Source: an uncultured virus (IMG/VR IMGVR_UViG_3300008255_004085) | Taxonomy: Duplodnaviria > Heunggongvirae > Uroviricota > Caudoviricetes | Length of the DNA stretch: 64,000 nt | Direction: 5' to 3' (one strand) | Virus record (IMG/VR): IMGVR_UViG_3300008255_004085 | Shown here: in pieces, positions 9,678 through 20,900 of the stretch | Layout: every line of letters begins with the position of its first letter | Numbering within the stretch: position 1 is the stretch's first letter | Position numbers and translations under genes: made by a program | Notes under the pieces: generated by a model | The model's input: only the letters and a program-made list of their open reading frames with translations | The model's database searches: none | What the model was told of the DNA's origin: nothing

Positions 9678-9733
9678 CAAATCAAACAAGCCGCTAAAAG
9701 CCACTGGTGGCTCTGTGCGGCTTGTTTGATTTG
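9678..9733 (-). terminator. Long hairpin; possible intrinsic terminator or ncRNA 3' stem
   Basis: Perfect 17-bp inverted repeat (9678-9694 / 9717-9733) around an inner AGCCAC/GTGGCT stem; T-rich tract follows on the minus strand after a few nt. Confidence 0.5.
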
Positions 9734-9840
9734 TCGCTGGTCTCTGGGTAGTGGTTTCGTCTATCTATTGTCCTGGGGCATCCTGTGGCTTTTCGGCTTC
9801 GTTGCCATCGGAAGTCACCTCGGTTTCGTCACCGTTCAAG

Positions 9841-9912
9841 ATTCTTTCATGGGACTTGAACCCACGACATGCCGTTTTTCTACGAGCGCTACTACCAACC
9901 GTCACAGTGTAA
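9841..9912 (-). ncRNA. Degenerate tRNA-like element (Phe-GAA-like loop)
   Basis: Minus strand GTTGGTAGTAGCGC...TAGAAAAA...ATGTC-GTGGG-TTCAAGT-CCCAT: good T-arm and D-loop-like motif; acceptor and D stems poor, no CCA. Confidence 0.4.
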
Positions 9913-9945
9913 CACACACCCGACACTCTATCAAACTGAAAGGAA

Positions 9946-10854
9946 TTAGTGCTTTAAAATAAGTTGATAAATTGAGTCATACCAAGCTAAACAAGTATCT
10001 GTCCCAAAACTATTCCAGAAAAGATATGCTAAATCTCTTCTGCTTTCAAAAGTTTGAGGAGTTGATATCAATTTTTCATCAAAATCAACAAATCGAACTG
10101 CATTTTGTAAAATATCAAAATCATCAAATTTAAAATCTTTGTTTAAAACAACAGGACATCCAGAGGCAAGAAACAATCCTACTTCAATCGGGAAACTGTT
10201 AGACCAATTAAAAGGACAAAGACCCAAATCAACCTCAAAGTTCAAAGAGGAATAATCTAATGAATAGAATTTGAATTCTGAATTCAAATTTTTAATTTGT
10301 TCAACAACTCTTTTCTCTTCAAAAAATTCTATATCATCCACATAATTAAAATAACCAATTCTGTTGGTCACAGAACTATCATATTTTGGAGCTTCAAATT
10401 TCTCTCGTTCACCAAAATAACAAATGGGAATTTTGTGAACCTTTTTAAAATTTTTTGATTTGAAGATTTTTTCAGCTTCATTTGAATAAACAAAAATATC
10501 TATATCTTTCAAAAAAGAAAAAACTTTTTGAAAGATGTTTTCTTCATTTGATTGATTTCTATTTGTTGGAGAAGATGAAAAGGCTGAATAATTATAATTT
10601 GAAATAATAACTTTTTTATTTGTTAATAAAGATCTTTTGATTAAAACCAGAAACGGTTCACAAGCATCAAGTGGTGGGACGCCGTGGATATGAATGATAT
10701 CAAAATCTGGGATTTTTTCATCTAGATAATAATGAACAGGAGGACAAAGTAAACTTTTAATACCCATAAAATTCTCAAGATTTATCATATTTTTCATATG
10801 TAAATCAAAAGAAGAAAACATCATTTGAAAACTTGGAATGTGAGCAATTTTCAT
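9946..10854 (-). CDS. GT4-like (GT-B) glycosyltransferase, divergent
   Basis: MKIAHI, FDIIHIHG, DLGLCPF...SFPIEVGLFLASGCPVV. Confidence 0.6.
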   Translation of the reverse strand: MKIAHIPSFQMMFSSFDLHMKNMINLENFMGIKSLLCPPVHYYLDEKIPDFDIIHIHGVPPLDACEPFLVLIKRSLLTNKKVIISNYNYSAFSSSPTNRNQSNEENIFQKVFSFLKDIDIFVYSNEAEKIFKSKNFKKVHKIPICYFGEREKFEAPKYDSSVTNRIGYFNYVDDIEFFEEKRVVEQIKNLNSEFKFYSLDYSSLNFEVDLGLCPFNWSNSFPIEVGLFLASGCPVVLNKDFKFDDFDILQNAVRFVDFDEKLISTPQTFESRRDLAYLFWNSFGTDTCLAWYDSIYQLILKH

Positions 10855-10861
10855 AATTCAC

Positions 10862-11887
10862 CTAAAATACTTTATAATTAAGTTCCATGCGTTGGTATGA
10901 AAAGTTTTTATGTTCAACTTGAAAACCATTTTCTGTAAAAGTTCCTGGAATCTTCATTTTTATTTCTGGAAGATCAGCACGAACCAAAACAATCGTCATT
11001 TGACCAACTTCCTCTTGTGATAAAGAAGAAGCAAATGAAATAAACATTTTTCCATCTTCCTCAATCCAAAAATCATATTCTTTTGGTGATTTAAATTTTT
11101 GTTCTTCTCCAAGAAAAATTATTGGTTCAACAATAGAAACTAAAGAACATTGAGGTGTGCCAATGACATTAGCCCAATCACCAGTTGTTCTATTCAAATT
11201 TCCAACAGAAAACATGCTTCTCTCATCAACGCCAAATTCTTCACTAATATCAGAATAAAAAACTCCAAAATCAAGAGGATGATTAAACCGATCTTCACCC
11301 CCAAAAGGCATCTTCCCAATAGACTCTTCACCATTCCCCCGAATTAAAGCAAAAATGTCACCAAAAATTGATTCATTCGGAGAAACAAGAAGATATAAAT
11401 CATATCCCTCATTGAACTGAAAGTTCTTGTCTATAGATAAATTAAAATTCAATTTAACAGAATCAAAAGTGTTAAAACCATAACCACAAGAATTAATAAA
11501 AGACCAGCTATTTTTATTGATAACTCTACAAAAAGAATCTGAATAACTAACATCAAACTTATTATTTTCAGATTCTGTTGTCACTCTCCTATCAGCAAAA
11601 AGAATTGCATCACTAAAGGCTGAAATTGGAGAACTATAAAACTTGTCTAATCCAAAAATCATAAAAGATTCATTATCTGATTTTTGAACTAATCTAAAAA
11701 TATTCAAATCAAAATCATTAAACCAAAAAGGGTTTCTTGTGTAACTCTTGCAAAAAGAAACATTTCCGTATTGTGGTTTAAATCCAAGATTCACCTCAAA
11801 ATGATCTGAAGAACCAGTCCCTTCAACAATTATTTTACCAAAAGCCTCAACATTTGATGGCCCTTTCTCAAATCTTCTATTCGCCAT
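10862..11887 (-). CDS. Hypothetical protein, probably structural
   Basis: 341-aa ORF directly downstream of the giant proteins; VNLGFKP and TENGF motifs reminiscent of tail-fibre domains. Confidence 0.6.
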   Translation of the reverse strand: MANRRFEKGPSNVEAFGKIIVEGTGSSDHFEVNLGFKPQYGNVSFCKSYTRNPFWFNDFDLNIFRLVQKSDNESFMIFGLDKFYSSPISAFSDAILFADRRVTTESENNKFDVSYSDSFCRVINKNSWSFINSCGYGFNTFDSVKLNFNLSIDKNFQFNEGYDLYLLVSPNESIFGDIFALIRGNGEESIGKMPFGGEDRFNHPLDFGVFYSDISEEFGVDERSMFSVGNLNRTTGDWANVIGTPQCSLVSIVEPIIFLGEEQKFKSPKEYDFWIEEDGKMFISFASSLSQEEVGQMTIVLVRADLPEIKMKIPGTFTENGFQVEHKNFSYQRMELNYKVF

Positions 11888-11905
11888 TTTTCAAATCCTT
11901 TCATT

Positions 11906-14900
11906 TTATTCTTGTGCAAAGATGCTATATGATTTAATTGGCATCCCATAATTAATTCCATCAAATGGAATGATCTCACAATACCAAGTAACATTCCCAG
12001 CATTACTCTCTAATTTTGGCATAGACCATTTCCCATTTGTCGGAAGCAATGATTTACTACTATCATAACTTGGTGTCGAATTTCCATTTAAATACCAAGT
12101 TACAATAGAATTATTCAAAATAATCTCATCATCTTCTTCTGGATCATAGATATTAAATTTTATAAACAAGACATCTGTACTTGTTGCTGGAATGGAATAA
12201 TATGTGTAAAGTTCTGTTGAATATCTAAGATCTAATCTTTTAACCGCAGAAAAATTTGTTGGATCAGTTGGATAGAAAGTGTTTAAAGAAGATGTGTCTT
12301 CAGTCACAATTTCTAACCCATAAATAACAGGTGGTGTATTCACAAATTTAACTATTTGCTTATTATACACCTTCCCAACAACTATTTCATTAGAAGTATA
12401 CACCAATCCATCAGCATTTTGAGTTTTTGGTTTGACGCTAACTTTCCAAGTATCTCCATCAGTCCAAACACCAGAAGCGGAAGGAGAATAATCTTCGATC
12501 TCATCTGAGATTTTCTTAACAACAAAATCTCTATAACTCTCTACTTCTGAAAAGACACTTTCATTTTTTCTCTTTCTATACCATCTAATCTCAGAATCAG
12601 ATTCCTCTAAATCTTCTTCGTGTGAGAAAGAATATTTGACATAAGGAATTCCATGCCTTGTCATAATCTTTTGATTGTTAATTGTTGAATTGTTAAAATA
12701 TTCTGTCTCAATTCCATAATAATCAGAAGTCACTAACTCAACATCATCTGAAACAACAGGTGGTGTTGAATTTGTCAGAATATCTAAATCTGAATTTTCT
12801 ATTGATGTTGTTGAATACATAAATGAGAAATTGTTAAGAACAACTAGGACATCTGAATAATTAACTATCTCTAACATTATTCTATAATTATCTGAAGAAA
12901 ATATCGCAATTTTAATATCTTCTGTATCTAGAATATAATCATCAAAAATAATTAAACCATCTTCTGGGATTAAAATAAATCCAGAAAAGATTGGGATTGA
13001 ATTACGATAAACAATTGTTGTTGCATCATGTGGCCAAGCACCATTAATTGCTTGGAATGTTGTATTATTTAATTTGATTGTTATCTCACCCTTTTTAGTC
13101 GAAGACGCCGCAGCAGTAGAGATTTGAAGACTAACAACAGAACCATCTGAAACAGCAGAGAGGAATTCTACAATCCCAGCAGTCCCATCTGTTCTATATG
13201 GTGTCGTTTCTATGTTAATTAATTGATTGTCAACAAACACAGAAACATCATCATCTGTGTTACTCCAAGTTATCCTCTCATCTGCTCCACCACCTTCAGG
13301 GAAAGCAGCAAACAAAAAAGCATTGCCGATATCTGTCATCTCATAAGTCATAGATGATTCTGGAACAAAATAAATAGAACTTTCACGAATATTAAAAACA
13401 TCTTTTTTATTAACAATAGTTTTATTATAAAGATTTCTATCTAAAGTATCACCTCGTGCTACATAAAAATTAACAACAGACAATTCAGAGAATGAGAAGT
13501 TATGTGTTAACAGATATTCAAGTATCTTTCCATTACTATCAAGAGTTTCTGTGAAATAGTATTGTCTACTTGGTGAAACAATCCCATAACTAATTGCTCC
13601 AATAATTGGGCTGGGATAATTAGTGTCTTCTATTCCTTCATAACTATAATTATCATAGTAGTAATCACTAAAATATTCTGGATCGCCAGAAACTGTATCG
13701 CCCTGTGTTAATGTGATGCGATACTCAATCATTGTAACAAATCGCTTCAATAAGTATTCTTGATTAACTGGAATTTCTAACCAATCACTCCAGATGTTAA
13801 AATCTTTAGTTGTTCTAATTTCAAATTTAACAGAACTTGTTGAAGGTACAATAGCTGGACATTTTATCCATTGAACAAAATTAATTTCTCCATCAAAATC
13901 AATTTCATCTTCATAAAGACCATTCCAAATATAAAATTCACCATTAAGAATTTCATCAAATGCATCATCCCATTTATCTAAATTATTTAAAATATTAAAA
14001 TAACTTCCTGATGTCTCTTCACAAGCAGCAATCATTTCAGTTTGGTTGTTGCAGTCGCCAAGTCCGAACATAAACAATGGACTATTCCCTGTCTCTTGGA
14101 ACCCAGAAACTGTTAATGCTAAATCTCTCCAGCTTGAACCATCATCAACAGAATCAAATCCATCAGTTGCAACAAAAATAGATTTAGCATATGAATAAAT
14201 AAAATCATTAATAACATAATCTCTGAGATTGACAAATTCATCTAAAAGAAGAGTTGATGCATTTCCATCATATCTACTATCAATTGCTTGAAGTTCTGCT
14301 GTGTTCAACCTCTTCATAGCATCCATGTAGTAAATTGCAAAGTCGTAATCATCATCTCTGATTAAAGCATCTTTAACTCCTTCATAAAAAGCATTCCCAG
14401 CAGCTAATGAAGAACCAGACCAAACCTCTGAATCAGTCCCGCTAGAAATAATCTGCCTTATTGCTGCTTCAATTGTCGAAATATCTCTGGTTAATCCATC
14501 AGTCAAAGTATGTCTAAGTCGTGTGTCAAAATGCCAAAGATCAACATAGCTCCATCTTGATCTTGCTAGTAATTTTTCCATCAAATCCAACAACTTCTCA
14601 ATTCTTAAATCATCATCATAACTTCCATAAATATCATTCAATGGAGCTAGGCTGTCTTGCCAAACCATTGAACCAGTGGCATCTACAACAAATGAGAAAA
14701 CAAATCTCAAATCTAAAACGAGATTGTTTAAAGTTGTTACTGCTATGTTGTTAGCTTTTGTTTTGTCATAATCAACTGAATATTCAGAAATTTTATAATT
14801 TGTTTCAGCATCGTAATGAATTATGAAAAAGAAATTATGATCTTCATTAAATAATTCAGACCACTCATCTGAATATTCAAATGATTTTCCTTGTTCATAA

Positions 14901-17900
14901 GTTGAAGAAATTCCCCATGAAACAAAACCACGAGTATCAAAACTATTATTTTCTTCTTCTAAAACAATTGCATAATAATTATTTGTGTTTAAAGTTCGCT
15001 CAAGCTCAAAAGTATACCATCTCCCTTCATTAACAAGATCTGCTGTTAATTCAGTTGTGCTAACTTGAAGAGCAGAACCAGTTGGAGCACCATTAACATC
15101 TGTCGCAAATAAACTTAAAGTGACAGTCGTCTGATATTCATATGTATATTCTTCTGTTTCATTAAATAAATTCAAATCTTTTCTTCGATTTAGAAAAACA
15201 CTAATTTTTGTTATATCTTCTGAAATTGGTTTAAATGTTTGAGACAACTTCAAATCATTTGCGAGATAATAATAATTTGAGAAGTTGAATTCACTTGAAA
15301 CTTGCCAACTTTCTCCCAGGTCATCTGAAAAATAGACACCCTTTGAGGTAAAGGCATAAAGAATTTCATCAGTGTATTCGAAGTTGTAAACTGCGGCTGT
15401 GCCATCTGGGAATTTATTTAATGGCATCCATTCATAGCCATTAAGACTCCATACTATTCCTTTGTTTGTTCCAACAAAAATTCTAAAATGTTTCCAAGAA
15501 TCATAATCATTGCTTGTGTCAGGATCTGAGATACAGATGTGAGAGAAACAAGTATATCCTTCTCCTTTGAGTGGTTCTTTGTACCAAGAAATTCCTGCCT
15601 CTGAAGCACCAGCATTTCCAGCGAACATCCAATCTCTGGAAATTTTTATTCCATCGTTGGTTAAAATAAGCATATCAATATTTCCAAATCTGTCGTGGAC
15701 ACTATTCTCATCTAAATCAAAATGTGGCAGTCGTGGATTTAAAAAGAAATCATAAAAAATTAATTGTTCTAAAATATTTTCTTCGCTTCCACTTGAATTA
15801 ATTTTAACTCTTGGGCCATAGAAATATGGTCTATCTTCACCAACTGAATCTATTCTTAAATCACTAATAAAATCATCTGTTGTTTCAATCCCCTCAAGAT
15901 TTTCTAATGAATAAAGTCCATTTTCTCCACCTGTTAAAATTTGACTTTGATATCTTAATCCATCAGAAATCTGTTCATAGTTAGCCAAAAATCTTAAATC
16001 ATATCCATCTGAATTAGCTAAATGATCTGAATTAAAATCTCCAGTCCCATCAACATTTTCTAAATAAAGGACAAAACTCAATCCATCACTCTTCAAAAAT
16101 GCCTCAAAATATTTTGAGGTTGGTTGAGAGCTATCATTCCCAATGCTTTCTGTTGATTCAGAGGTTGTCCAACCACCATCTGAATAGGAAATTGTTTTGA
16201 TGTCTCTTGTTAACTCAATGCCACTTGAATTAGAATTTGTTTTAAATGGTTGCCAATTAATTTGTCCAGTTTCTGCTTGAAAAACATTTTGATAAAAAGT
16301 AGAACTTTGAGACCAAGTTTCTCCTTCGTCTTCACTGATCCAAATCCCATTGTCTGTTCCAGCCCAAACATTTCCTCTTAATGGTTTAATGAAATAAACT
16401 CTTGTGCAATCATCACAAGATGAAACACGATCCCAATATCCACCAGATCTTTTCTTCCAAATTCCTTTGTTTGTTCCAACAATGCTGTTGGTTTGGTTAA
16501 ACTCTCCTATTTCACCAATAAGTCTGCCACGATAAGAACAATAAACATGGATTGATTCAACAGGGTTATCATTTTCAGATGTCTCAATTCCATCAAATAA
16601 TGTATCAAATGTATTTAAATCATCTAAATTATCTAAATCAAAATCATGATAATAACTATTGATATGGCCTTCTACAATTGTTGTGTCTGAATTTAAACCC
16701 TGTGCAATCAATGTTTCGTCGCCTGTTATTTCTGGGTAAATTTCACGAAGAGTTCCTGTCAACCTCATATGATTTGAGGTGATTAAGCTATGGAAATTGT
16801 AAGGAATACCAAAAGATGTATCCATTGAAAGATAATCTTGGATTCCTAAAATTGATTTAATTTCCACAAGTTTAACAACTGTACCGATAGCATATTCTAC
16901 AGACGAAGATCTTGGTTGAAGAATCCTAAATGATGTAACAGTTCTTGTTGTTGGAGAGATATCTCTAATTTCAACTGAAATTATCTCACCAGAGATGCTA
17001 ATAAATCTCGTTGTGGTTGGGAATGTTGCTGCATTAATTTGAATTATGTTACTTGTTGCATTTAATGCTTGGCTAAGCCTTGAAGTGTAATCATCATTCT
17101 CAACATATCCTTGACCTATTTCTTCATGTGGGGTTGTTCCAACATTGGTAAGATAAGCACCCTTGCTAATTAACGAGAGATTAACAAAATCATCTCTCGT
17201 TAATCTTTGATCAAATCTTATCATTCCATTATCTGGAAAAGCAGTCCATTGCACAGACGTTGGTTTATTATTGACGTAAACAAGGATGTCCGCATCTGTT
17301 TGTTCCCATGTCCCATTCACCAAGAAATATTCTCTAAAATCTTTTTCAATCATTATTTTGTTATAAATATTTTGACTAGCAAGAAAGGTGACAGATTGAT
17401 CAACTTGATTGATTGTGTAAAGAGAATCATCAACAATTTCATCATTTAAATAAACATTCGGTTCAACTGCTTTATTCCAAAAATCATAAGTTCTTTGAAT
17501 AGATGATCCATCTGTACCTTTACTATACCAAATTCCATGCTTGGAACCTATAATCAAATTCGGTGAAATAACAACATTCGGTGTAATTATAGATTTTTCA
17601 TTATCCGTTGAATCACCAAACGAATCAATTGACAAAGCTGTTGCACTTGCTGGATTTTGATTTGATGGGAAACTATTATTTTGAGATAAATATCGTTCAA
17701 ATTCAGTTGAAACAATTGAATCATTTGTTTTTGTAATTAAAATTCTATAACTTAATGTATCAATCCAAAAAATTTTTGTCTCTATTTCAAAACTTCCAGT
17801 CCCAGAACCAGTTTTTGCGGTTGTGTTTGTTGCTGTTAATGAAACACCATTTGCAAATTGAAAAATAACATTTGTTGAACTTGTTTGCCAATCGAAGTCG

Positions 17901-20900
17901 ATGTATTTATCACTTTGTTCTTCTTCATAACTTTTTCCAGAAAGAGGACCTGTTCTGCCAATCCCTGCTTCTTTTTGTGGTGGCCCATACCCATATTGGT
18001 CAATTCCACTTACGATTGAAAATGAATATGGATTATTTGCAAATTCACCAAATTTTGTTTTATTCCAAGATGTTAATTCCCATCCAAAATATTTGCTATA
18101 ATCTTCATCGCTCTTCTCAAGAATTGCTTGTGCTCCAACAGCAGAGTCTACATAAATCTGAAAACTTAAATCTGAATAACTAACACCACTCTCAACTTCA
18201 ACATGGAAGCTGATCAAAGAAGTTGAATTATATCCTGAAACATTAATCAAGAATGAAAGATCTTCATTTTCTTCTCCTGCACCTTTCAATCTTTCAAGAC
18301 CATACCAAATATTTTCATCTGTTCCAGTCATTAAAAATCTATAACTTTCACCAATCGCTGTAAAAAAATCTCCATCAAAATCATCAATATCAGCAATTTT
18401 ATATGGCCTTGAAATTGTTTTTGTGAGAGGATGATTCCAACCACGACCATTTGAACCCTCTTGCGTTGTTTCATAGTATTCCGCACTATGGGTTGTGTAA
18501 ATAGCATCATCTGTTAAAAAGATAACATTGTTCAACATCCCAAATTGCTCATCAAATGGAAGATTTGATTTATCATCTTCATGAACATGTTCTTGGTTAA
18601 TTAAATAAATCTTCTTCGGTGAAATTGCGACTGGAGAACCAGATTCATATGGAGATTTCAAGACATGGCTAACATAAAGTCCAGAGTTTGTTGCAATAAA
18701 AACAGTTTCTGGATAAGCAAGTTTATATGTTGATGAAGTTTCCGAAAAACTTTCTGTTGCTAATTGTTTGATGTCATAAACAATTTTTTCATCATAGACA
18801 CTATTTTTAGACCAGGGGATTGAAGTCAAAGGGAGTGGTTCATCGAGTTTTCCGCTCCAAAGACCACGAACTGAATTCTCACCTGTTGAATAACCAGCTA
18901 CATAGAACTGTCTCCAATAACTATCTATTGTTGATTCAGGTGTCTCATAGTAAAATTTTCCAGTTCTTACAGAAAAGGCAGTTGCAATAAAATTCGTGTA
19001 TGGCAGTCTTAATTCATTCCATGTGATCAAGTTGTCATTTGAATATAAAACTTTTCCTGTATTCAAAAGAACATATGTTTCAAAATATCTATTGAATCCC
19101 CCAGAAGATCCTAAAACAAGATTATCAATTGCCGCAACGACAATCCCTTCATCTTCTGAAAGATTTTCAATCTTTTCAAAAAATTGAAAGTTTTCAGTTA
19201 AATAATTACCATTTCTTGCCCCAACAAGATATTTGTCGTTGCCACCGATACTTTCTTTTAAAGTGTTGGTGGAAGAGACAAATGAATAATATTCTGAATC
19301 GGTCACATCCGTGCTGTTTGAATCTCCAACAGGAACACCAAGACTAGAATCTGCGTTAATAACTCTCCCGACAAAAATAATTTCATCGTCATATTGAATT
19401 TGAGCATTTGGATCTTGAATTGTGTACTTTAAATAATCTTGAGTTCTCATATTAGAATATGGCTCTAAAGATGCTATTTCTTTAATTCTTTGATTCCCAT
19501 AATGGTTTGGTGCTTTTATAAATCTTTTCGGAATTGTCCCATATCTAATGCTTTCAGCATTCAAAAAACTTATTCTATTTTTTGAAAGAGATCCAGAAAC
19601 CTGTGTTTGAGTTGGATTTATGTGTAAAACAATTTCAAGTTTATCATCTGATTTGATATTGTTTTTTAATTCAATATATCCATAAGAATTAATTCTTAAA
19701 GATAGTTTGTAATCATTTGGATTTAATGTTTCACCATTTAAAAGAACTTCTGCTTTGTAGTAATCTTGTTGAGCAAGGATGTCCTTGATGTCTCTGTTTG
19801 CACCCAAGGCTTGATTACTTTCAAAGATGCCAGGGATTTGATAGCTTAATGATTCGACTGAACCGTCTTCGTTGACTGTGAATGTTTCATCGCCAGTGTA
19901 ATAAGTTATTGTTTTATCAAAAGAAAAATCATTTGTCTGAATTTCTTGTTCAAAAGAATTTTGTGGTTGAATTAGGGGGGTAATTAAATCTTGACCATCA
20001 TCTTCAAATTTTGTTAATGTTAACCTATTAGCTAATTGATAAAGAGCAGAACCATCAGAATCAGATTCCTCTGATCTATAAATGTTATAAGAAGTAGCCC
20101 CGGAAACTTTTTCCCATTTAATTACAGCTTGTTCTTCTGTGCCTATATCAATAAAACTTTTATCACCAATTAAACTTTCTTTTTCTTCTCCATTTTCAAA
20201 AATAACAAAACTTATAGCATAATACCATCTTCCGGTGGTTAAAGAACCGCCAGTTGAGATAGTCTCAATTGAAAGAATTTCAGGTCCATAATCTAATGAT
20301 TGTTTCAATTCAATTGGATCAAAAATATAGATAGGGCTTTTGATTGTTGATTCTCTTTCGATGATTTCTTCAAAACCTTTAGTGCTCAAAACTATTTTTG
20401 GAGAAGAAACGCCATCATGGACATGTTTTAAGAACAAGTCTTTGATTTCTTGAACAGCTAGACCTTTTAATTGATATAATTCAATTCTTCTATCTTCTTC
20501 AACTGAAATAGCAGAAATATATTGTTGTTTAGTTGTTGAATTGTAAATAACCGTAACAGTAGCTAAATAAACAGCAATATTATCTTCATCATAACTAGAA
20601 TCTTCGTTGATTAAAATCTGTGCTTTGTGTTTTAGTGGTTCTGGAAGCGCATCAGTTGGGACAGACCAGACATAATAAGTATGGTTTGAAGCATCTTGTG
20701 GGAAAGCATAGTAGCAATCAGAAGTTGTAAAACCTGCCCAAACACCGACAATTCCATCACCTTCTGTTGTTTTTATAATCATTTTATAATTTAGATTATT
20801 TAGACTATTTTTAGTTGTATTTGAGAGATTATCAATTTCAGATTGTGTGATTGGTGATAATCCTTTTGAAATAATTAAATCTTCATTTGTTTCACTATAT

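Noticed and set aside
9750..9835. Hammerhead ribozyme (GACGAAAC twice; GGC/GCC-GAAA stem)
   Set aside because: The required CUGANGA core is absent
9650..9945. tmRNA or functional canonical tRNA
   Set aside because: No CCA end, no Ala acceptor stem or typical tag ending, and the acceptor, D and anticodon stems are broken
9579..9962. 127-aa plus-strand ORF
   Set aside because: Antisense to the operon, overlaps both neighbours, TTG start, atypical composition; likely open by chance in GC-rich DNA
1737..10854. Ordinary bacterial LPS core or capsule locus
   Set aside because: No export, polymerase, lipid-carrier or nucleotide-sugar genes, and the block is embedded among giant structural-type genes; not fully excluded without flanking sequence
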